A DNA stretch of 64,000 nucleotides from Owenia fusiformis (Eukaryota), in contig CAIIXF020000001.1 of the NCBI GenBank assembly GCA_903813345.2, positions 186,001 through 250,000 of the forward strand, in the 5' to 3' direction. Position numbers and translations under genes: made by a program. Below, piece after piece: positions 41,735 through 56,700 of the stretch (the first letter of the stretch is position 1; each line of letters begins with the position of its first letter). The notes beneath the pieces are model-generated. The model was given only the letters and a program-made list of their open reading frames with translations. It ran no database searches and was not told the DNA's origin.

Positions 41735-44700
41735 GAACACTTTTTCTCAGCAACTAGAAGAATTTACTTTAACCTACTTACATGGCTAACATAGCCCATC
41801 AACCTAATTTCTGGGAAATTAGGTCAAATTTTTATCTAGGTCAAAAGTCAAGAACTAGGTCAAATTTAGGTCAAATCAACATTCTGTCAATTATCTTCGT
41901 TGTTGTTTGTCCTTGCTTCTTTATCTTTTTTTTCATCATGTAGCTTAGAAAAAAACAAATCGATAATGTGCCATCCGTTTTTTGATTACTCTTACCGATT
42001 TTGAGATATGGCGTCCGGAATGTAGGTCAAACTAAAAAGTTAACCAAATTTAACATATGAGCTATGAAATAAGTGTAGAATTTTCTCAGGAATCTGAATC
42101 TGTAAACCTCCGGTTCGAAAGTTATGGTGTTTTGAAAATTTCGAGAAAAATCGATCTGATGATATCCTGATAGAAAGTCAAGAGTAGCAAAGAAAATATA
42201 GAAAAAAAGATCCATCCTTCCTTCCTATCCTGTCTGATCATATCCTTCTCCTTTCTATCCTTTCCTTCCTATCCTACCCTTCCTTCCTATTCTATATCCT
42301 ATCCTATCCTAGAACTGGGTCAAATCTTACATTTTCAATATTCTATCAATTATCTTCGTCGTTATTTATCGAAACATCTTCATCTTTTTTCCATCATGTA
42401 GCTTATAAACAGCCCTTTTATAAGTGTGCCATCCGTTTTTTGATTACTCTTACTGATTTTGAAATATGGCATCTGGAAAGTAGGTCAAAACAAAAAGTTC
42501 TCCAAATTCAATGTATGAATTATGAGTTAGGGGTAGAATTTTGTCAGGAATCCGAATCTGCAAACCAAATTTCGATCCGATTTCCCGTTCGGAAGTTATG
42601 GCGTTTTGAAAGCTCAAAAATCGCTAAATTTGGTGCTTCATGTTAAGTCAATGGGAAAAAAGACTTTTTTGAATTGTAAAATATGAGATATAGACTGAGT
42701 GCAGCTTAACATAATGAATTCCTATAAAAGAAGGGATTTGGACACCAAAATCTTAAGGTCAAAATCTAGGTCAAATTCATAGTTTTTTCTAATTTTTACA
42801 CTACACTACACTTAAATGATTAGCCTAACTGTATATCACTTAGAACAACAATATTAGTTCAGATACCTTCACATTGTCTGTAGACTTTGTCCCATTGGCC
42901 ATCTTGTTTACACATGGACTTTACAGTGACTTCTCCATTTATGAAATATCCCAGGTTACACCTGATAGTCACAGTGTCACCATACATCTGAGCGCCGAAG
43001 TACAGCTTCCCATTCTTCACAGGAGGGTAATTTGGACACTTTACAGCTGGGAACAAATATAGGTTAACACAATATGTATCGTTTGATTATGTGAAGTAAA
43101 ATTAAAACAATTTTTAGAATTTTCAAATATTTTCATGATCTGTAATTAAAGAAACAATTCTGAACAAGACATTATTATAATATATACTATATATATAAGA
43201 AACATATTTAATGATCATTGAAAACAATCAAAATTCAAAATATTACAAAAATTGTCCATCAAGGTAATTTTAGCTTGAAAAGATTGTTAACATCACATTT
43301 TCTGTTTTCATTTTCTGGCTTCTTAGGCTTTCAGATATAACGTGCATTTTTAGTCGTTCAGATATAACATGTGTTCTTACCTATACATATAGGAGAATCA
43401 CCAGACCATGTGCCATCAGCCTGGCATTCTCTGAGAGAGAGGCCTCTGAGGACATATCCCTGGGTACAGCTGTAATATGCCTTGGTCTTGTACTGGTTAT
43501 AGTCTCCCTGTCTGTTGGTGGTCACTACGCCCTTCGGGTGCAAGTCTGGGGCGCCACAGGTAATATCTGTTATTTGGAGAAAACGTATGAAGATCATTCA
43601 AGAAGTACAGATACTTGTATAACTAGAAAACAGCAAATCCTACCAAACAAAATATGGTTTTGATCATTTTTTCTTGAGCAGAGCTCCTTTGTCCCTAGGT
43701 ATCAGCATGTAAAAAAACAGATCCATCCAATGGGATTTGAGTTATCAAAGATTATGTTTTTTCACGTTTTATCTATCTAGATATTCTGAAAAATTCTCTC
43801 ATTTTCAAAGCAGCAGTCATCTTGAAAAAATATTTACCAATATGCATCTCTCTACAAAATATTAAGAAAATTGATCAACTAGTATTTTAGTTATGCTCAG
43901 AACAGACGGATTAACAGACAGATAGATCACTATATCCCTACCAAATTTCATTCATTGGGATAATTACTCATATCTGTCATTTTGAAAAATGAGGTAAAGA
44001 GAAATACCCTACCTGAAGTAAAACTTACATGTTCATGTATCATAAAAATTTTAACAATAAAAATAATTAAAATCATTCTCCATAGCATAAGATTCTACTC
44101 TATGCAGGGCAGATCATTGATAGCCAAGCATGATGTTCTGGAAGGGGAGGAACTCTTCATCACTTACTCTCACAAGATGGTATTATGTCTCCCAGGTTCC
44201 AGTTGCCATCCTCTCCGCATTGCACAGTTGTAGTCCCACCAAGGAGGTAGGTACCAGGTACGGGGCAAGTGAACCTAGCAACACTTCCAAATGTGTCTCC
44301 ATCTATACTCAGTTTACCATTAGGCTCTGGGGCAAACAAAGGTCCAGGGCAGTGTGTAACTGAAAATTTAAACAAGGCATTAACATACAAAATGTCCCCA
44401 CCTGCCATTTGTTACACAAGCTGACTGCCGAACATCATCCACAAAAAGAGACATACATGTTGTACAATATGTCACCACTTGTCATCAGCTGCTTGTGGTG
44501 GTAACATAAAAACAAATATTAATATACTATTAGTTAATCTGTTACATTGATGATGATTGAATGCCCAAAACTGAAATAGTTTGAGATTTTCTTACATGAA
44601 TCATACATGAACATTTGAAATCAATCCATCAAATGGTTCACTTGGAAATGCATAGACAAGACTTTACAGACAAGATTTTAGAATGGAAAACACCAAAATG

Positions 44701-47700
44701 GCAGACAATAAAAAAAAAAGCAGACATAGGTTTTAGTCAATTTATTAAACAAAATTATCGCATACAACTACAGCAAACCTAATATTTTTAAAGCAACTAA
44801 ATAGTTTAATAATGACATCTCAAAAAGATCTTATTAATATGATAGAAAGTATTATGGCTTGCTGACTTTTTTAAGATGTTTATTGGAGTCAGAATTAGGG
44901 TTTAGGCGTGCATTCAGAGGGATCTGAATTATCAAACATATTTATGGAAACATTCCCACCAGCCTAAACCTAGCTCTACCAAGCCCAATACTGCATGAAT
45001 GAACTATGAATTTCAAGTAAATTCTAACCTCCAAAGTCTAATACAATACACAGATCTATTTATTTTTGAAGATCTGAAAAGATGATATCTGTACCTGCTT
45101 GAAAGTTATAGCATTTATAAACTGTGGAGGTCCAAATTCCAATAAAACCCTAGTTACCATGATAACCAATCAAATTTCAGCTCCCAAAGTCTGATCCAAT
45201 CATTGTCAAAGATCTGGAAAAATGAGACATGTATCTCCCTTATTTCAAAATTTATAGCATCCATCCAATGTGGGGGTCAGAATTTCTCAAAAACCCTGGT
45301 TACCATGGCAACCAATCATATACCAGCTCCCAAAGTACGTTACAATACTTAAAACTAGATAACGGCAACTCCGCGGAGTAGCAAATCCCAACGAACAAAA
45401 TATCAATTACTGAATTCCAATCAATTATACTCATTACTTTGGTTAAAATTGAAAAAATTAGATTTTAGAATTGCGAATTCCTGCAAAGCACCCATTTTGA
45501 ATTTTCGGAGATACAAATCTGAAAAATAATACCCTAATTGTGATCTACTCCAAAATTCCTTCAATTTGAGTATAATATAGGCATACTTTGAAGGGATCGA
45601 AAAATTATTGCGAAATCGTACATTAGACGGCCATTTTGAATTTTACGAGGCTCGAATCAGAAAAAAAATACAACATCTGCAATCTACTCTTAATTGCCTT
45701 TCATTTGAGTATAATAAAGCTATACTTCAGAAAGAAAATTTCTGTTTTCCTGTCCCCCCATGCACGGCCCCTGGGGGTCAGGATGAAAAACACGGAATAT
45801 ATGTGAAATAGATAAATGTTGTGAATATACTACCAAAATTTCAAACAATAATATTAATTACTTTGGTTTAGAATGAAAAATTTATGATTTTTGCGAAAAA
45901 GTCCCGTCATTTTTAAAGTGGCGGCCATCTTGAAAAACCTTTTTTGCATAAAACTATTCACCAATATACATCTTTCCACTAAATATGAAGAAAATCCATC
46001 TACTAGTATTTGAGTTATCTTCCGGACAGACGGACAGACTGACTGACGGATGGACAGATGGACGGACGAAGGGCTTCACTATATCCCTACCGAACTTCGT
46101 TCGTTGGGATAATCAACCATTTACGAAGATCTGAAAAAAATGAGACCTGTATCTCCCTTATTTTATTTTTTTAAAATTTATTTATTTCTTATTTCCTTCA
46201 AAATACAAATTATTTACAGTGGACACCTAAAATAGGTGTATATACTGCTTGATAAACATAAATTGAATATAATAATAGCGCAAATAAATAAATAGGTATA
46301 AATAAGAGCACATCAATAGTTGTTGGGTAGGAGCAGGAGGAGTGACAGTAAATTGAAGTAGAGTATGATATGGTGATAATCTTAGGACAAATATTGCTGG
46401 AGATGATTAATTGTAATTAAATGCCTTTAAGACCCAGAATGATATATTTGGTGATATAGAGTCTAATCTAAAGAAATTTTATCTATCAAATACTTTTTGT
46501 ATCTTATCTTAAAAATATTCAAAGAAGAACTTCCTCTTATTGGCCTTTCAATACTGTTCCATATCCATTGACCTTGAATCTTATTTCAAAAGTTAATGCA
46601 TCCATCCAATGTGGGGGTTCGATTCTGCGAAATAGACCCTTGTATAAGTCATGGACCCATATAAGGCCAAAATCTTAGATTCTGTGGACTGATCTTTACA
46701 TAAGATTGTTGATAGTACATCATAAAAGCTATCTATGAAGTTTTTCACCTTGAAGGAAATGTTGTTCATAATAGATGTTACCATAAACATCTCAGTTTGA
46801 TACTCGATCAACACTTGAAATTTGACGAGCACATGAAGTGCCTTGTAATAAAGATCAATAAATTGCTTAGTCCGTTGTGTGCTTTGAGGTTAAAGCTACC
46901 AAGTAAACATATGCAGAATATTTTCCAATCCTTTATACTACCTCACTTCGAGTACTGTGATATTGTCTTTGGGTGTGCAAGTGCTACTTGTTTGCAACTT
47001 CTGGACTCATTATATTACAGATCTGCAGTACATGTCTTTGGGGCTATGCATGGTTCAAGCACGGCAAAGGTCTTAAATGCATTAAACTGGTTACCACTTG
47101 AAACACGAAGATATCATCACAGAATGTACCTTATGTATAAAGTATCTAACTCACTGTCCGTCTCCTATGTTAACGAAATTTTTGAGAAATATGAGCATCG
47201 TAACATCAATGTAAATCTAAGGCACATTAGAAAGTACCAACTTCCGAGGAAGAGGGGCAGCTTATTGTCACGATCGTGTGTTTTCAGATGCATAACAGAA
47301 TGGAATGGTCTTAACGCCGACACTAGAAATTCTCAATCATTGACCTCCTTTAAAAGGCGTTTTAAATTGATGCATGGCAACTCATTGATTACAACCATGG
47401 ATATGGAAATTAAAAGGAGTCAAGAGATACCATTAAATAGAATCAGATGTGATTTATTCCTTCGCTCCCAGTTTCATGCTCACAACTTTACTACTGTGGA
47501 TTCGCCTGTTTGTTTATGTGGCGTTGAATCTGAAACGTTGAGACATTTTTTCTTCAGATGTAATCTTACAAAGACAACCATGAAAACTTTGTTCAGTGAA
47601 GTCCAGCATAATTTCCCAGAAATTAATTTTAAAGTTATGCCCCAACTTGAAAAAATACATACCCTGCTCTATGGTAGCGACATGTTGAGCAAAGCAAAAA

Positions 47701-50700
47701 ACATAGAATTGATAAAACTATTCGCATCTCACCTCGAAACCATAAGTAATCAAAGATTAGAATACTATACGGCCTATTGAACAGCCCCATTTTAGTCACA
47801 CACATACACATGAAGTGTTTTTATTTTGTATCTTTGATCTATTTATATTATTTATATCATATGTCATTTCAATATATACAAAGACATGGCTAGTAATGCC
47901 AGAATGGCACAGCCATTGAAATAAATTTATATAAAAAAAACAAAAAAAACTCCACTTATTCAAAATGGATGCTTTGATCGAGCCAACATGACCAAAACCT
48001 AATCAGATATAGAATGAAGTGAGTTGAAGAAGATGTTAAAAGTTTTAAGGGAACAGTGAAGCCTTGATATCTGTTTTTCTACTATATTTGGCATTTTATT
48101 CTTTACCCATGTGGTACCTCACTAATGTGCCATATCAAACCATTGTGTCCCGTGTCCATGGATGGACAGACAGACAGATGGCCTAGGCAGACAATATGTC
48201 CCCAAACTATGAGGGGAGGGAACATAAAGGAAATGATAAAGTATTGGAAAAGATATCAAATATCAGTTAAACACCATTTTTGGTGAGACAACAGTTGAAG
48301 CCTTCCACTTACTGTTACATATTGGATCTGCGTCTGTCCATGTGCCATCACTTAGACACGTCCTCTCTGCAGCACCAATCAGATTGTAGCCTTTGTTACA
48401 CTTGTACTTGACAACACTGCCAACCTTCCAGCTGTCAGCAATGATGTAACCATTCAAGGGATCTCCAGGATCTCCACATTCCGTAATAGCACCTGCACCT
48501 ACAGACAAACAAAATAACTATTCACGGGGCCTTGAGGATGTCCACACTCAGTGATAGCTCCATGACAACCATGTAAAGACAACAAATAGAACTGTCTATG
48601 GTCTCTGGCCAGGATAAAGATAGCAGGTCCTGTCAGATTAATATGGAGACCTGTTTCTACATATACCTTACAAATATCAATAGGATGGGGAAATTCAACC
48701 CCTAAAATAGAATAAGATGGGAAATTTAATCCTTTACAAATAAATAGAACAGATGGGAGAACATTACAGGCTAGAAAAACCTCCAACTCTCCTAAACTTG
48801 ACGATGATGAACAAAATTCGAGGGGTCTCCACACTCCACACTCAGTGATAGCTCCAGGACCCACAGACAACAAAATAACCATTTTAGTGACCTTTTATTT
48901 GCTCATCGTATAGGAAAAATTGTCCATTTTGAAAACTGTTTGGATGGTGTATAAATGGGCCAAATTAGGATGCAATGTATCTCTTTGCTGGTTAATATGT
49001 GAGTGTAAACTCTTGGGCAATAGGTAAAAGCTGAAAACATTTATGAAAAGATCGAATTATTTTTTGGTGGATATTTATGAGACGGATACAACGTAACTCT
49101 TTAAGGGGTATCCAGGATCTCCACACAGAGTGTTACATGTACTTGTTGTCCAGCCTCGTAGGTCCAGGACCTACAAAATAACCATTCATGGGTCTCCAGG
49201 ATCTCCAACCCCGGATATCCACACTAAGTTATAACTCCTTGTTTATAGCTCCAGGACTTGCAGACAACAAAATATCTTCATTCTACATTTATATCAATAT
49301 TTAGATGGATTTAGCCACAAAAGGCCATATTCACGGGAGACAATCAGACTGAAGACAAAGCAGCGGCTGTGACTTGCGCACTACAGTAGGTAACATTAAT
49401 TGGAAGCTAAGTCCAAATAATAAGATTAAAATTTTGGATATGACATTTAGTAGAACCACCAGTGTTACGGATCTTGTACAGGACAATTTTGAGCCAAAAA
49501 TACACTTAAGGACCCATGGCCTTGTGGTCATGAGACCTCAGTAGGTGTTTTGTGATTAAGCTGACCAAAATTTGAATCAAAAAAATTAATTTGAAAAACA
49601 AACTTTTTTGACCTTTTGGAGCCTACTGAAGGTCAAGTTAAGGTCAAATCTTAAATCTAAGGTCAGCTTTGAACTCCTGAGAACATGAAGATGATTTCTG
49701 AAAATAAATTTGGTAAAATTGAAGCAAGTTGAAAAATAACCTATTTTTACCATTTCTTGATGACAAATATCTCAAATATGGTAAAAATGTAATGATGGCA
49801 TACTCAGTTTTAATTAGTGCAGCCAATGCTGATGGGTGTATGAGGGACAAAATAACATTTTCTGTATAATTTATCCAAGGCAATGATTTATCCAAACCCG
49901 CCCTATTGGGTATTGTAGCCTCATTTTGAATTGCGCGAGTCAGAGTCTCAAGCTGTGTCTTTGATTTGATTGTCCACTGTGATATAGGACAACATTATTA
50001 CAACAGAGCAGCACAGTGCCTTCCATCTTATGCATACATGTTGCGATTGGGCGATGAAACAAGAAGCTCACTAGTTCAAGTCACTGGTGATTTACACTCT
50101 TCAGAAAAACTAACAAGGCATTAACATGACAAAATGTGACCACCTAGTTGCTCACAATATTATTGGTTCAATCTTAATGCACTTAGAGCATGCACTTAGA
50201 GTTTGCTTTTTCTTATTTTTGAGGTTATGAGCATTGGCTATCAATTTCTAATTTTTTCTTCAACATGAATTGTAATGACTTCAGTATGAATGAAATGTCC
50301 CTTGGTCTTTGATTGTGATATCGGTTCTTGAATGGTGGGGGGGAGGGGGTATTGGACATTGTTTCTTTTCACGTTAGATCATGGTTTTGGGCTATATGGG
50401 GTTTGTTTTTCTTGACTGGTATGCACTTAGAGTTTGCTTTTTCTTGCTAAGTTCCATTACAACTTTTGGTCCTTTCCCTTTGGCACTAGTGCTTATATAT
50501 TAAATCAGATTTGAATTCCTGAGAACTTGTAGATGATTTTGAGAAAAAAATTGTCAATTGAAGCAGGTTGAAAAAAGACCTTTTTGACCCCAAGAAGGTC
50601 ATTGATGGGCAATCATGGTGAAATCTCAAATATTTAAAGTCATCTTTTTTACCTTTTTTGACATTGAAAAGGTCACTGAAAAAGTGTAGATGATTTTGAA

Positions 50701-53700
50701 AAAAACTGAAGTCAGTCTAAACAGTATTTGTTAAGTTATTGGAAGTTTTAAGAATTTGTTACAGATCCCAACCGCCTACCACCAACCGCCGTCACAAAAA
50801 AACAGAGACCATAACAATATGCAGGGGCGGATCTGGGATCCAACAAGGGGGGGGCCCAAATTCCAGGTCATAGAAAAGATGTCCGCGCTTGCGAGAAAAA
50901 ATTTTTTGGGCCACTAAAACGCAAAAGTGGGCCCAAATTTTGAAATTTTGAGGCCCATTTTCTTCAAAATTTGGCCTGAATTTAAAAAATAAGGCCTTAA
51001 AAGGCCCAGTAATGACCAAAAAGGCCGACTTTAGGGGGCCTTTATTGGCCCAAATTTTTTTTTGGGCCCAATTTTTTTTTCTGGGCCCACCCAAGGGGGG
51101 GGGCCCGGGCCCCCAGGCCCCCCCCCCCCCTAATCCGCCAGTGATATGTCATCACTTTTTGGTGGTGACATAATGAGATACTGTATATTAGCATATTGAC
51201 AATTGAATTAAAGTATCAGATTAGTTTAAAAAAGTAGAATATGTCAACCCCAAATATTAAAACTCTAACTTGAATCTCTATCTGTAGAGTGTACATTTGT
51301 CAGATAGTCGATCTACTGCTTATCTACCTTTGATGGACAATGATGGTGAAATCTCAAAAATCTAAAGTCAGATTTGAACTTCTGAGAACTTGAAGATGAT
51401 TTTGAAAAAATTGGTCAATTTGAAGCAAGTTGAAAAAAGACCTCTTTGACCTTGAGAAGGATATTGAAGGTCAAATCTGGTGTAGGATTTGAACTTTGGA
51501 GAACTTGCAGATTATTTTGAAAAAAATTGGTCAATTTGAAGCAAGTTGAAAAATAACTTTTTTTTACCTTTTTTGACATTGAAAAGGTCACTGAAGGTCA
51601 AATCTTAAATATAAAGTCAGATTTCAACTTCTGAAACTTGCAGATGATTTTGGAAAAAACTGAAGTCAGTATAAACAGTATTTGTTAAGTTATTGGAAGT
51701 TTTAAGAATTTGTTACAGATCCCAACCACCGATCGCCAACCGTCATCACAAAAAAACGGAAACCATAACAATATGTCATCACTTTTTGATGGTCACATAA
51801 TCATAGAATGAGATACTGTATATTAGCATATTGACAATTGAATTAAAGTCTCGGATTAGTTTAAAAAAGTAGAATATGTTAACCCAAAATATTAAAACTC
51901 TAACTTGAATCTCTATCTGTAGAGTGTACATTTGTCAGTTAGTCGATCTACTGCTTATCTACCTTTGCATACTGGAATCTTTCCTGCCCACTGTCCTGTG
52001 CTGATACATGTCCTAGAGCTTGTCCCAGTCAGAGTAAGACCAGAGTTACATGAGTAGGTAGCGACACTGCTCACTTTCCTGTCCATGCTGAGTGATACCC
52101 TACCTCTGGCTGGGTACCCCGGATCTCCACATTGGATCTCTAGAAATAATAGCACATTGTAAATACTGTATATGTGACATCACATTTGTTAGTTCTTGTA
52201 CAATGACGTTATATCAAATGACATACTGAAAGTGTATCAATGACATAATATCAAATGACATACTGAAAGTGTATCAATGACATGATATCAAATGACATAC
52301 TGAAAGTGTATCAATGACATGATATCAAATGACATACTGAAAGTGTATCAATGACATGACATCAAATGACATACTGAAAGAGTATCAATGATGAATAATG
52401 GGAGATATTTCAAAGCAGTCAGAATTTTCATTGAGTATTCTCTTTTCCCATATTCACTACTGTATTGTCTTCTAACCTAGACATGTTTCCATGATTCCTT
52501 CCCAAGTTCCATCAGAGCGACAAGTGAGAGCATTTTCCACTCTGCTACTTGGGAACTTAAAGCCTGATGTGCACTTGTAGATGACCACATCCCCAGTCTT
52601 GTAGTTGGCCTTGCTGTTCTGTATCACTCCACTGGTGGATGTGGGGAGCAAATCGGTCCTGCAGCCAATAGCTGCAATATAAATATACAATAAGGGATAT
52701 ACTGGATAGAATAAAACTAAAATACAGCAACTTGACAGAGTAAGAAATCCCACCGAACAAAACATGTTCTGATAAATAGCAGCCATCTTGAAAATTTCTT
52801 CTTGATCAAAGCTCCTTTTTCAACATATCAACAAAACATTTGAACCAAATACATGAACTGGTATTTGAGTTATCAAAGATAGCATTTTTCTATGAATTAT
52901 GATGACCATTTTGAAATTCAGCTGCCATCTTAAAAATTTCTTCTTGAGCAAAACTTCCTCGTCCCTAAGTATCAGCATATAAAATTTGAATCAAATCCAT
53001 CAACTGGTATTTGGGTTATCAGAGATTACATTTTTAACGAGAAATGTTAGCCATTTTGATAAATAGTAGCCATTTTGAAAAAAACTTTCTTGGGCAGAGC
53101 TCCTTTATCGCTGGGCATCAGCATGTATAATTTGAACCAAATCCCTCCACTGGTATTTGAGTTATCGAGGATTACATTTTCTACAAAAAATTGGGGCCAT
53201 TTTGAAATTCAGTGGGCATCTAGAAAATGTCTTCTTGGGCATAGCTCCTTTATTTCAGGGCATCAGCACACCTCTATAAATTTCAACCAAATCTGCTCAC
53301 TGGTATTTGAGTTATTGAGATTACGTTCCTTTACAAAAAATGAAATTCATCTTGAAAATTACTTCTCAAGCAGAGCTCCTGTATCCTTAGGCATCAGCAG
53401 ATAAAATCTAAACCAAATCCATCTGTGGGTATTTGAATTATCAAAGATTACATTTTTGTTAGAAAAATAGCCGCCACTTTGAAATTCAGCAGCCATCTTA
53501 GAAAGTTCATCTTGACCAAAGCTCCTTTGTCCCAGTAGGCATCAGCAAATAAATTTTGAACCAAATCTGTCAACTAGTGTTTGAGTCATATTAAAAATTG
53601 CTTCTCGAGCAGAGGTCCTTCACACATAAGGTATAAGCCTAGGAAAATGTAATAATCTGTCAAGCAGAATTTGGGTTTCAACCCAGACAGGGCAACGTAC

Positions 53701-56700
53701 AAACGGATGAACAGACAGATGGTCAGCAGCTTCTCTACATCACATCAAACGAAGGGATAATAATTTCATTTAAATCAAAAATTAAAGCACTTTTTATTAG
53801 GACCACCTATCTGCACTCCCAGGACAGCAACAAACATTACTCTTACAAGAGAGAGATGTAGCACCTCTTGATTGATTATAACATAATAAATAGAGATTAT
53901 CCTATCTGAGGTTCAAGATATTGGGATTATCCTGAGGCCAATATAATATAAATGGTCGAGGGCCTTATTAATAGGTCCCAAGGGGATATATATAATATTG
54001 GCCGAGGGATAAACAGATCATCCCATACCAATCTTGCTCATCTGGTTCCCATTATTCAATTGACCAAAATTAAGAAGGAGTCTAAAGATTCTTTTCGAAT
54101 ATCCATGTCCAGCTTTATTTTCTTGGCCATGGCCAGATTTTCCTATCCTTTCAGATAAGATGGAAATATAAGTTTTTACAAACCTGCTTAATAATGTACA
54201 TGAAACATATTCAAGTATGGGATAATATAGCTAATTGTTAATTCCTTTACCTTTATATTCCATCCAGAATCCCTTGGCCTTTCTGTTGGCCAGTGTAGTA
54301 GACTTAAGTGTAATCTTTGCAGTGTTAGACACACTTGTCAGCTTATTCAGGATGTCTGTCTGAGGACCACATAGGTTAGGTACATCTCCAAATCCAGTGA
54401 AACCAACATTTTCTTCATTACATGCATCTGGCCTCATGTCCACTTCTAAGAAGAATAGTTCTATTTGTTGTCCTGGACCCACCTGGTGTCATTGAATATA
54501 TAATATTACTCAGACTTGAGGGAATGCTGATTTAAAATGTGTTATATCAATGTGATCATTTCATTAAATGATTGCTAATGGATTTGTATGGCTTAACTGT
54601 AATTTACTTGGAAAGCAAAATAACATGTAATATGCAGCTTTATTTAATGGTGTTGAACTTTCATATGATTTGATTGTTCCTTTTGATGTAAATATATCCT
54701 TTTATTTCATCCCACAATATTCAGAGGTGAAAAGCATTGGTAAGATTGTCCAGTAAACAATATATATAAAAATTACACAAACTGAATGATTTTGTTAGAA
54801 GAAATGGGCATACAAAGATATTATTGCCTCTGCAATAACAGTTAAAATATCAGTAGCTCTGGTGGCTCATTCCTCCTGTTTCTATGACAACCATAATTTT
54901 TTGCCATTTATGGTAATGTGCTTAAATGTGCCAAATTCCAATGGAAATGAACAAATATAAATATGAATAAAAATAGTACTGTGGGTACTTGGCTTATATG
55001 GTGCCTATTGGTAACCAGCACTTTCAGTAGGTTTGTCAAAGAGTGCGTTCCTGGGACGGATTGACTTTTAAAAGTGAGTCTTCCCTCAAAAAAGTGTGTC
55101 CCGTGAAAAAAGGTTACCGGTAATTCAAAGTCACATTTTAACAATGAACAAAAAAGTTTATGAAAAGTTTCAAATGAGTTTTGTTATTTATCAGCCTAAA
55201 TCAGTGTTCTACACACATCTTTTCGTATTTTGAAGCAATTTGCTTTTAATTTTGTATAGCTCAGAAAATTTCACTAAAGGCAATTTCTGCGAGGTTCCAT
55301 TTATTAGTTCCGTTTTATGCGCATGCAGCAACTTGGTTAGTTAAAATTATTAAGACGCATGTGCGATTAATAATCGCGGCTTACCATAGGACTTGTACCA
55401 ATTACCGCTCAGTACTGCCAGACTGTAGCAACTAGTGATTCTCCTTTCACCTGTACAATTTGAAGCAAATTGATGGAATACTTGTGCAATTATAACCAAA
55501 AAAACTAAAGCCATTTTGAATATTTACACCATATTTTGCTGCAATGTGTAGACATAATTCATAACCAAGAAATTAAGGTACCTGAACAATATCAAGCAAA
55601 TTGATGGAATACTTGTGGGGTTAAAATGAAAAAATAGTTAAAAATAATTTCAAGCAAATTGAGGGAACACTTGTGGAGTTATGGACCAAAAATAAGATGA
55701 AAACCTGATTTTTCTGCAATAAAAGTGGTAACCATTTTGCAAGTTTGCGATTTGTTTTGCCAAAACTTGTACGTAGGTATTATTGATAACACATAAATTA
55801 AGGAACTTGTACAATTTGAAGCAAATTAGTGAAAAACTTGTGGAGTTATAAACCAAAAATGAACTGAAAACCTGATTTTTGTGCAATAAAAATGGTCGCC
55901 ATTTTGAAACAAGGTGAGCTTTTGAGACACCGCTTATAGAACAATTAATTACCTCATGTAGACACATTTTAAAAGTGAAATCGTTCCAGTTGTCGTGGAG
56001 GATTTTGAATAAGGTGCCAATGTGTTGACAGACAGACAGATGGACGGACGGACAGAAGGACAGATAGACAGACAGACAGACAGACAGATGGACAGATGGA
56101 CAGATGGACAGACAAATGGGTGATATCAATTAATAGCTCACCCATGTGAGTTAATAAAGCAAAAAGTAGTGAACATATTGATGGGCCCTTGTATAGCACT
56201 TTTTAAAGTGCCATAAAAAATCATTGTTACCATGTACCTGTATATTCCATATGCAGAACCTGTTGTCCCCATATGTAATAGAAGGGTAACCAGGACTGAG
56301 AATTTCCCCTTTGTCTTTAGTGTATTTGCCTCCACAGTCAGGGAAGGCTGCAATAATGTAACATTTATAAATATAACATATAGTCTTCTTTGGGGTAGCC
56401 TAGACTTAGGATGTCTCCTGTATGTTCTGTATATTTGCCTCCACAGTCAGGGAAGGCTGCAATAATGTAACATTTATAAATATAACATATAGTCTTCTTT
56501 GGGGTAGCCTAGACTTAGGATGTCTCCTGTATGTTCTGTGTATTTGCCTCCACAGTCAGGGAAGGCTGCAATAGTGTAACATTTATAAATATAACATATA
56601 GTCTTCTTTGGGGTAGCCTACACTTAGGATGTCTCCTGTATGTTCTGTATATTTGCCTCCACAGTCAGGGAATGCTGCAATAGTGTAACATGTATAAATA

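Noticed and set aside
41487-41753. KERK-repeat ORFs
   Set aside because: Translation of a (TTTC)n microsatellite.
55650-56199. 159-aa and 76-aa minus-strand ORFs
   Set aside because: Derived from a (GACA)n microsatellite and repeat element; no domain signature.
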